A stretch of DNA of 64,000 bases, taken from assembly GCA_037443605.1 (NCBI GenBank), contig JBBIOA010000017.1, forward strand, positions 20,739 through 84,738. The letters run 5' to 3'. The stretch's first letter is position 1. Every line of letters starts with the position of its first letter. This stretch comes from Terriglobales bacterium (GTDB lineage Bacteria; Acidobacteriota; Terriglobia; Terriglobales; Acidobacteriaceae). A program made the translations under genes and the position numbers. This document shows positions 45,687-53,644 of the stretch, in pieces. Below the pieces are notes generated by a model. It saw only the letters and a program-made list of their open reading frames with translations, was not told the DNA's origin and made no database searches.

Positions 45687-46688
45687 CTACAATCTCGTCT
45701 CCGGCTCCGGCAGCTTCTCCCCCGGCACATACGCTCGTAGAAACTCCAGCGCCCACTGCGGACGCACGCCGAATTTCTCCACCGACGCCGGAACAACCAC
45801 CGCATCGCCCTTCGCCAGCGTCACCGGCTCCGCTCCCGCGGACTCGATCACCCCGCAACCTTCCACCGCCACCAGAATCTGCACCGAGCTTTTTCCGGAC
45901 CGGTCGCGGGTCGATACCTCGAGCGGATCCTTGCCTTCAAACATGTCGACCACAAAATACGGCGCCGAGACCAGAGGCGCATGCCGATTCTTGCCGCCCG
46001 CCATCGTCTGCGGCGCGGGCCGCACCACCTTGCCTGAACCTACTTTCTCTTTTACTGCAGCCATGCCGTTTTTCAGATGCAATTCGCGCGGACGCCCGTA
46101 ATCATACAGGCGATACGTCGTGTCCGACTGCTGCTGCGTCTCGACAATCACCGAACCCGGCCCCAGCGTGTGCACCGTGCCACCCGCCACGTAAATCATG
46201 TCGCCGGTGTAGACGTTGACCCAGTTCAGCGCTTCCTCGGCGCGATTCGCGTGGATCGCCTCTTCCAACGCCGCCGCCGTTACGCCCGGTTTCAGTCCCA
46301 GCCCAATCTGCGCGCCCGGCTTGGCATGCGCCACATACCAGCATTCGGTCTTGCCCCAAGGCTGGCCCACACGCAACGCCTGGGTGTCATCGGGATGCAC
46401 CTGCACCGAAAGTTTTTCGTACGGAAACAAAAACTTCAGGAGCAGAGGAAAACGCTTGGGATCGCGCGCCGCCTCGCCCACCAGAGCCCGCTGATACTGC
46501 TCGCTCAACTGCGCCAGCGTCTGGCCGCCAAACCGTCCACCAGCCACTTTGCAGTCGTCGCCGCTCAGCCACGACTCGCCAATCTTCTCCGAGAACTTAT
46601 GATTCGGATAAATCGGCGACAGATCCGTCGTGCCCCACGGCCGCGGATCAAACCCCGGTTGCATCAACAATGCAGAAAGTTTTTCCAT
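45687..46688 (-). CDS. manA: Class I mannose-6-phosphate isomerase (cupin)
   Basis: PWGTTDL..., LSVQVHPDD and GTVHTLGPG, typical of small type-I PMIs. Confidence 0.8.
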   Translation of the reverse strand: MEKLSALLMQPGFDPRPWGTTDLSPIYPNHKFSEKIGESWLSGDDCKVAGGRFGGQTLAQLSEQYQRALVGEAARDPKRFPLLLKFLFPYEKLSVQVHPDDTQALRVGQPWGKTECWYVAHAKPGAQIGLGLKPGVTAAALEEAIHANRAEEALNWVNVYTGDMIYVAGGTVHTLGPGSVIVETQQQSDTTYRLYDYGRPRELHLKNGMAAVKEKVGSGKVVRPAPQTMAGGKNRHAPLVSAPYFVVDMFEGKDPLEVSTRDRSGKSSVQILVAVEGCGVIESAGAEPVTLAKGDAVVVPASVEKFGVRPQWALEFLRAYVPGEKLPEPETRL

Positions 46689-46715
46689 GCCGATTGACTC
46701 GCACCCCTAAGCTCA

Positions 46716-46746
46716 CAAAAAAGGCCGCTCGTGTTTGAACGGCCTT
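46716..46746 (-). terminator. Rho-independent terminator downstream of the aminotransferase gene
   Basis: On the minus strand, AAAGGCCGttcaaacacgagCGGCCTTTTTT. Confidence 0.7.
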
Positions 46747-46760
46747 TGCCGACTCGGTTT

Positions 46761-46778
46761 CCTCTGTGTCCTCTGTGG
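46761..46778 (-). repeat. Family-E repeat core, tandem (CCTCTGTGT/CCTCTGTGG; reverse complement CACAGAGG x2)
   Basis: cctctgtgtcctctgtgg lies adjacent to the terminator. The same core occurs inside the ligase gene (23374-23399). Confidence 0.6.
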
Positions 46779-46787
46779 TGAAAGGGG

Positions 46788-47984
46788 TTATAGGGTAGCG
46801 AAGAATTTCCGCATGCGCTCCAACCCGCGATCGAGTTCCGCCTTCGACGTCGCATACGAAACTCGAATGTGCTCGCTGGTGCCGAAGCCCTCGCCCGGTA
46901 CCGTCGCCACGTGCGCCTCCCGCAGCAGGCGTCCGGCTACGTCCGACGCCGATTTCAGCCCGCCGCGCCCGAAATACGCCGACACATTCGGAAACGCATA
47001 GAACGCGCCTTCCGGCATGGTGCACGTAATACCCGGAATCGACCGCAGCCCATTTACGATGTGGTCGCGCAGCTCAATGTATTCACGCTTGAAATCGTCC
47101 ACGCACTGCTGCGATCCCTTCAGCGCCGCCACTGCCGCCTTTTGCACAATCGACGTCGGATTCGACGTCGACTGGCTCTGCAGCTTCGCCATCGCGCTGG
47201 TCACCGCCACCGGCGACATCGCGTAGCCCAGGCGCCATCCCGTCATCGAATACGTCTTCGACAGCGAGCCCAGCACAATCATCCGCTCCTTGTACTCGCG
47301 CAGCGACCCAACCGAAAAATTCCGGCCCGTGTAATTCAGATAGACATAGCACTCGTCCGACATCACCCAGATGCCGCGCTCATGGGCAAAACGCACCACC
47401 TCGGTCATATCCGCGGGGCTCATCACCGCGCCCGACGGATTCGACGGCGAATTCAGAATGATCGCCTTGGTCCGCGGCGTGACCAGTCGCGCCACCATCT
47501 CCGCCGTCACCCGGAATCCCTGCGCCTCATCCGACTCCAGCAGCACGCAGTTGCCGCCGGCATAGCGAATGATGTCTTTGAACGACACCCAGTACGGCAC
47601 CGGCAGGATGACTTCGTCGCCGTGATCCACAATGACCTGAATCGCATTGAACAACGCGTGCTTGCCGCCGACCGATGCGATCACTTCTTCGCGCCGGTAG
47701 TCGGAATCGAAATCCACGTTGTGCCGGTGCGCAATCGCGTCGCGCAACTCGGCCGTACCCGCCACTGCCGTGTACTTCGTGAAATTGCCCTGGATGGCTG
47801 CGATCGCCGCTTCCTTGATGTGCTGTGGCGTGGGAAAGTGCGGCTCGCCCGCCGTGCAATCCACCACGTCGATGCCCTGCTGGCGCAGCTTGTCGGCTTC
47901 CGCCACCGCTGCCATCGTGGCTGAGGGTTCAATGCGACTGACTCGTTCCGCCAGTTTTACCGCTTCCGTCGTTGCCGTGGTCAT
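46788..47984 (-). CDS. Class-I PLP-dependent aminotransferase (aspartate aminotransferase-like)
   Basis: 398 aa. PLP-lysine context LGSLSKTYSMTGWRLGY and the C-terminal RVSYATS motif. Confidence 0.85.
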   Translation of the reverse strand: MTTATTEAVKLAERVSRIEPSATMAAVAEADKLRQQGIDVVDCTAGEPHFPTPQHIKEAAIAAIQGNFTKYTAVAGTAELRDAIAHRHNVDFDSDYRREEVIASVGGKHALFNAIQVIVDHGDEVILPVPYWVSFKDIIRYAGGNCVLLESDEAQGFRVTAEMVARLVTPRTKAIILNSPSNPSGAVMSPADMTEVVRFAHERGIWVMSDECYVYLNYTGRNFSVGSLREYKERMIVLGSLSKTYSMTGWRLGYAMSPVAVTSAMAKLQSQSTSNPTSIVQKAAVAALKGSQQCVDDFKREYIELRDHIVNGLRSIPGITCTMPEGAFYAFPNVSAYFGRGGLKSASDVAGRLLREAHVATVPGEGFGTSEHIRVSYATSKAELDRGLERMRKFFATL

Positions 47985-48523
47985 GACTTCTTCTTTCTTT
48001 TGGGGACTTTCACCAAATTCTCGGACGCCAGTTTGTACGCCGGGTCCAGCTTCTCGCGCACTTTCTGCTCTACCGCCTCCGGCACCAACCCCTTCACCGG
48101 GCCGCCGGCCTGCGCCACTTCCCGCACCAGCCGCGAACTCACATAGGAGTACTTATCGGCGGGCATCATGAAGACCGTTTCCAGCGTCGGCTCCAGCTTG
48201 CGGTTCATCAACGCCATCTGCAGCTCGTACTCGTAATCGCTGATGGCGCGAATCCCGCGCAGCACGCACATGGCATCCATCGACTTCGCGTACTCGACCA
48301 TCAACCCGTCGAAGGTGTCGATCCGCACGTTGGGCAGATCGACGGTGAGCGTTCGCAGCATCTCCGCCCGCTCGGCCACGCTGAACATCGGGCTCTTCTC
48401 CGGGTTCCGGAGGATCGCCACCACCAGTTCTTCAAAAATCTTGCTGCCTCGCTGGATCAGGTCGAGGTGCCCATTGGTGGGCGGATCGAACGAACCGGGA
48501 TAGATCGCGAGACCCTTGTTCAA
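47981..48523 (-). CDS. coaD: Pantetheine-phosphate adenylyltransferase
   Basis: AIYPGSFDPPTNGHLDLI (T/HxGH motif) and ISDYEYELQMALMNR. Unusual Lys-rich C-terminal tail (KVPKRKKKS). 4-nt overlap with the downstream aminotransferase gene. Confidence 0.9.
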   Translation of the reverse strand: MNKGLAIYPGSFDPPTNGHLDLIQRGSKIFEELVVAILRNPEKSPMFSVAERAEMLRTLTVDLPNVRIDTFDGLMVEYAKSMDAMCVLRGIRAISDYEYELQMALMNRKLEPTLETVFMMPADKYSYVSSRLVREVAQAGGPVKGLVPEAVEQKVREKLDPAYKLASENLVKVPKRKKKS

Positions 48524-48576
48524 TGTCCCTCTCTGGAACGACGTGGTTCAGCCAAGCGCGGCAAAACAGAAGCAAT

Positions 48577-48864
48577 AGAAGATTTTATGCGGGCAGGAGA
48601 GGGATGGCAATCGAGGATTTGCCGCAAGAGAGCTGGGGACAGCCGTGAACATGTGGGGACAGCCGCCCCCGGCTGTCCAGTCGAGCAAAGCTCGACGGCA
48701 ACTGCGGCGTACGACTACAGCGACAGAAGATTTTATGCGGGCAGGAGAGGGATGGCAATCGAGGATTAGCCGCGAGAGAGCTGGCCACCCGCCGTGAACA
48801 TGTGGGGACAGCCGCCCCCGGCTGTCCAGTCGAGCGAAGCTCGACGGCAAATGCGGCGTACGAC
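48577..48864 (+). repeat. Two tandem copies of a ~148-bp composite unit, each containing a family-A hairpin module
   Basis: The unit starts agaagattttatgcgggcaggagagggatggcaatcgaggatt... at 48577 and again at 48725. Family-A cores lie at 48650-48696 and 48799-48845. The copies differ at a handful of positions and one 1-nt indel. Confidence 0.85.
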
Positions 48865-48890
48865 TTAGAGGAATCGCCGGGCGGAACGCG

Positions 48891-49289
48891 TCATGGGGCA
48901 TTCCCGCACGCCTGCTTCTTCACCGCGTGCCTCGCCAGATCCACCGCATAGCACCGCGCCTTCTCATCCCTGACAAGAAGAGTCTTGTCGTTCAATTTCA
49001 GCTCGTTGATGAACACCCACTGCACATCCTCTTCTTTAAAGGGATCAATCCGGTTGCGAAACACCCGCACTTTCCACAAGACTTTCTCGGACGAAACATC
49101 CTGAGCGACGACGTACTCATCCCGCCCATCGCCATCCACCGAATATCGGACTCCGTTGGAGGTTATCGGTGGGACCGGCCTGGGCGGAATCCGCTTCGCT
49201 GCGGCAACCGCCCCGAGCAGCGCAATCACACCGCAGAGAAGCAGGAAGCAGCTACCCGCTCTGGCCCCAAGCTGAAGCACTCTCTTCAT
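48891..49289 (-). CDS. Hypothetical secreted/anchored protein
   Basis: 132 aa with an N-terminal hydrophobic signal/anchor (CFLLLCGVIALLGAVAAA). No recognisable motifs. Co-directional between recA and coaD. Confidence 0.45.
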   Translation of the reverse strand: MKRVLQLGARAGSCFLLLCGVIALLGAVAAAKRIPPRPVPPITSNGVRYSVDGDGRDEYVVAQDVSSEKVLWKVRVFRNRIDPFKEEDVQWVFINELKLNDKTLLVRDEKARCYAVDLARHAVKKQACGNAP

Positions 49290-49310
49290 GCCGTTCTAAA
49301 TCGAATCCGC

Positions 49311-50420
<1,110 letters not shown>

Positions 50421-50597
50421 GGTTGGCTCCTTTGAAGAATCAAGACGGGCGCTTCGGAAGTGCCCGTGGAAAATAAGTTCGTTCTAACAGCCCGGATTAT
50501 ACATTCAGATCAAAGCGAAGAAAAGGCGAATCAAAAGAATAACTGTGGAAACCGTCCCAATTCGGTCCGACCCGTTACCTCGGATTCCCCGCACATT

Positions 50598-50637
50598 GTC
50601 ATCCTGAGGCCCGCGTTCTGTGCGGGCCGAAGGACCT
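50598..50637 (+). repeat. Family-B repeat copy
   Basis: gtcatcctgagGCCCGCgttctgtGCGGGCcgaaggacct. Confidence 0.7.
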
Positions 50638-50746
50638 CTGCACCTTGCCGCAAGTGTTCCGGCTCGCCGAGACCAAGCCCTAGAATGCTGTTGCATAATA
50701 TGCGATCCCATCGCATATTACGCATGACTCCGCTACCTGGTGAACT

Positions 50747-51664
50747 ATGAGGCTCCAGCATTTTGTCTTTGCCTGCCTAACCTGTTTGGTCTTGTGTGGT
50801 TTTCAAACCCCTCCCAAGCCGACCAAGGCCTCGGGCGCTGGCAGCAAGCGACCTGTCGCCCTTGAAAAGCAAGCGCAAGACTCGCATCAGCCCTCAAACC
50901 TGACCCCAGCGCTCGCGGAACCCAACCATAAGGAAGGGCCTCAAAGAGTCGATGTCGTCTCCCTTCCACAGCCGATGAGAACCCAATCCGAAAGAGATTT
51001 CGTCGACTACATTGCCATCATTTGCACCATCCTGCTGACGATCGTAGGCGGAATCGGCACTTGGGCCGCCGTGCGATCGCTGATTCAAATCAGGCGACAA
51101 GCGGACATCTTGGTCGAGCACAGGGCACACCTGGAACGGCTTGCGGAGGCGGCCAGCAGCAACGCCGCTGCCGCGAAGGCCAGTGCCGATGCCCTAATTA
51201 ATGGCGAGCGGGCATGGATTGTTACGAGGATCACTTGGCAACCTGGAGCGGGCAGAGAACTGGTCAATACTAGCGGCGACGGAGAGAGGAGCACTTGGTT
51301 AAATGTGATCCTGAAGTTCAGGAATGACGGTAGAACGCCTGCCTGGATTACTAATCAACGAGTGTGGTGCAACCTGTGCGACGAGACACCGCCCGCTATG
51401 CCTGACACTTCGTTGCCGCCAAGCTTCAGTCGCCTTGGACCCGATCCCATAAGTATCGGGAGGCGAGTGAAGCAATCGACAAATCTGCAATGCAAAGGCG
51501 TCCGAGAGCCTATGGGACGCGCCTTGATCATCTACGGTGTCGTGAACTATCGCGATGCTTTCGGCGAGCACGAGACTTGGTGCGGTTACATAGTTCGAGG
51601 TGCGGCCGATTCACCGCGCCTTGAGCGCCTCGCAGGATACGAACACTACAACAGGTACACTTAA
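50747..51664 (+). CDS. Hypothetical membrane-anchored protein, no recognised family
   Basis: 305 aa. N-terminal hydrophobic segment, a second TM (YIAIICTILLTIVGGIGTWAAV), an Ala-rich helical stretch, then a beta-rich C-terminal domain. Sits alone on the plus strand among minus-strand genes. Confidence 0.5.
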   Translation: MRLQHFVFACLTCLVLCGFQTPPKPTKASGAGSKRPVALEKQAQDSHQPSNLTPALAEPNHKEGPQRVDVVSLPQPMRTQSERDFVDYIAIICTILLTIVGGIGTWAAVRSLIQIRRQADILVEHRAHLERLAEAASSNAAAAKASADALINGERAWIVTRITWQPGAGRELVNTSGDGERSTWLNVILKFRNDGRTPAWITNQRVWCNLCDETPPAMPDTSLPPSFSRLGPDPISIGRRVKQSTNLQCKGVREPMGRALIIYGVVNYRDAFGEHETWCGYIVRGAADSPRLERLAGYEHYNRYT

Positions 51665-51672
51665 AACTCCCC

Positions 51673-53361
51673 CTACCTCTTCAGCAAATCCACCGGCGCG
51701 GTCACATCGTGCACCCGGAAATACTTCGCCAGCGCTGGATACTTCCGCGCCACGGCCTCATACATCGCATACGCCACGTTGCGATACGAAATGTGCCCCG
51801 CCGGCCCCGTCCGCAGTTCGGTAATGTAGTTCACCTCGGCAAAGTCCATCTTGAACAGCGCGCGCTTCTTGAACGCCAGCGGAATCGCGTACTGCGAATT
51901 CTCCACCGCCTCCGCCGACTTGCGCGACGCCAGATTCTCCACCGTCGTCTCGACCCGCCGCATGGCCGCGTCAAACCGCCCGCGCACGCCCGCATCTTCC
52001 AGGTCGAGCAGCATTTCATATCCATGTTTAGTGGTGGCAGCCTGCATCACCTGAATGCACCGCCGATGCCGATGCATGTCGCGGAACCCGCCCGTATCCA
52101 TCAGAATGTCGAAGCGGAACTGCTGCCCCGCGCGGAACCCGCGCAGCAACTCGTCGTGCTTGCCCCGATGCCGCAGCCCTAAATCGATAATCTCCCTCCG
52201 CCGCCGTTCGCCCGCCACCTGCACCGCCTGCCGAATCTGCCGATAGGAAAAATGCGAATGCTCGTACAACAGCGTGGTCGCAATTTCGATTTCCAGCGGC
52301 TCTTCATCCAGCAAATCGACAATCGCCTTCGACGGCGCCAGTTGCTCGTCTTCCATCAACTCCGCAGCCGCCTGCCGCAACTCGCGCCGCGTCGCCATCT
52401 CATATTCATTCGGATCGGCATACTTCACCAGCGTCGGAGCCACGCGCACCTCGCGCAGCAATTCCTGCTCCGCCCGCGCGCCCAACTCCGCATTCACCCC
52501 GCGAATCTGCTCCACCAGCCCGCGCAGCGAATCCGAATGCACGTTGTACGCCGCGCCGGTCGCAGCTTTCTTCAGCGCCTCACCCAGCGTCCTGACTTCT
52601 TTATGGGTATGACTAAGAAGATGCGCCACCTGGTTCTCCAGCGTGCGCGCGTTCACAATCTCGCCCAGCGACGTGTTCGCCGAAAGCGGCAGCAGATACC
52701 GCGTAATGTCGAACGCCCGCGCCCGCAGCGTGCGCTCATACGCTTCCTGCTTCATGTCCGCCGGCTTCGGCGTGATCGTGATCAGATAGTCCGCCATGTG
52801 CGCCGACAGCGCGTCATACTCGGCAAACAGAAAATCCATCGTCTCGCGATAGATCTTGCGCGCCTCCAGATCCGACCCAAAATCCGGAGTGTAATATCCG
52901 CTCTTCTTAAAATCCTGATACCTCGTCGACCGCTCCTGCCCATCCCAGCGCTGCTCGTCGGCCAACTCAATTGCCGCCAGAATCGACAGCCGCTCCACCG
53001 CCAGCGCAATGTGCGCCAGATCGGCGATCGACCGGTGCCCGTACTGAAAATAAAACGTGTCGAGAAACTTTTCCGCCTTCTGCGTGCTGATTTCCCGCAG
53101 CGACTCCTTCATCGACAGCGCCGACCGCGAATACTTCGCCATCGCATACGCCTGAATCTCCGGCTCCACCCCGAACACCGCAAACACCTCGGTCGACGGT
53201 TCAGCCTGTGTGGCGCGGACACTCCTGTCCGCGTCTGCCTCCTTCGGCACCAGTGCCGGCTTGGCCGCAGCATGCTGTCGCGACCGTCTCCGGCCACTCT
53301 TCTCCGTGGACTTGTCGTGAGGAACCTCAGGCATGGGAATCACATTCGACGCATTCGACAT
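51673..53361 (-). CDS. thyX: Long-form ThyX-like FAD-dependent thymidylate synthase family protein
   Basis: About 560 aa with ThyX-type elements (FRDMHRHRR..., ELRTGPAGHISYRNVAYAMY). Roughly twice the length of canonical ThyX. Start set at ATG 53361 rather than the upstream TTG. Confidence 0.65.
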   Translation of the reverse strand: MSNASNVIPMPEVPHDKSTEKSGRRRSRQHAAAKPALVPKEADADRSVRATQAEPSTEVFAVFGVEPEIQAYAMAKYSRSALSMKESLREISTQKAEKFLDTFYFQYGHRSIADLAHIALAVERLSILAAIELADEQRWDGQERSTRYQDFKKSGYYTPDFGSDLEARKIYRETMDFLFAEYDALSAHMADYLITITPKPADMKQEAYERTLRARAFDITRYLLPLSANTSLGEIVNARTLENQVAHLLSHTHKEVRTLGEALKKAATGAAYNVHSDSLRGLVEQIRGVNAELGARAEQELLREVRVAPTLVKYADPNEYEMATRRELRQAAAELMEDEQLAPSKAIVDLLDEEPLEIEIATTLLYEHSHFSYRQIRQAVQVAGERRRREIIDLGLRHRGKHDELLRGFRAGQQFRFDILMDTGGFRDMHRHRRCIQVMQAATTKHGYEMLLDLEDAGVRGRFDAAMRRVETTVENLASRKSAEAVENSQYAIPLAFKKRALFKMDFAEVNYITELRTGPAGHISYRNVAYAMYEAVARKYPALAKYFRVHDVTAPVDLLKR

Positions 53362-53471
53362 GGGACAAGAATGGTACCCGCCACGCTTGTGGATTAGCAA
53401 CGCGAATTCGAGCGGGGTAGCGTCTCAACTCACACAGGGTTCAGACAGTGCCTCAGTCCATCGAGGCCTCC

Positions 53472-53517
53472 CATGTGGGGACAGCCGCCCTCGGCTGTCC
53501 GTCGAGCGCAGCTCGAC
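53472..53517 (+). repeat. Family-A hairpin repeat copy
   Basis: catgtGGGGACAGCCGccctCGGCTGTCCGTCGAGCgcaGCTCGAC. Confidence 0.8.
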
Positions 53518-53644
53518 CGCTTCCCCTCGGCGTCATCCCGTAGCCCCGAGTCCGGCAGCGCCGCGGAAGGTCGAAAACCTGACCCCGTCCTGGAACACCT
53601 GAAACAGCCCAACCATCCAAAATTCACGCGTAAATGGAACCGCG

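Noticed and set aside
45602-46219. 205-aa Pro/Ala/Ser-rich plus-strand ORF
   Set aside because: It begins in the family-B repeat spacer and runs antisense to manA. It is low-complexity.
48577-48864. CRISPR array
   Set aside because: There are only two long (148-bp) near-identical units with no short unique spacers and no cas genes. It is a tandem duplication of a REP-like composite.
48467-48901. ORFs 48467-48769 (+), 48548-48901 (-) and 48585-48788 (-)
   Set aside because: They are translations of the 148-bp tandem hairpin repeat. The same peptide strings (GQPPPAVQSS / DSRGRLSPH / GGCPHM) recur wherever the repeat occurs, in any frame.
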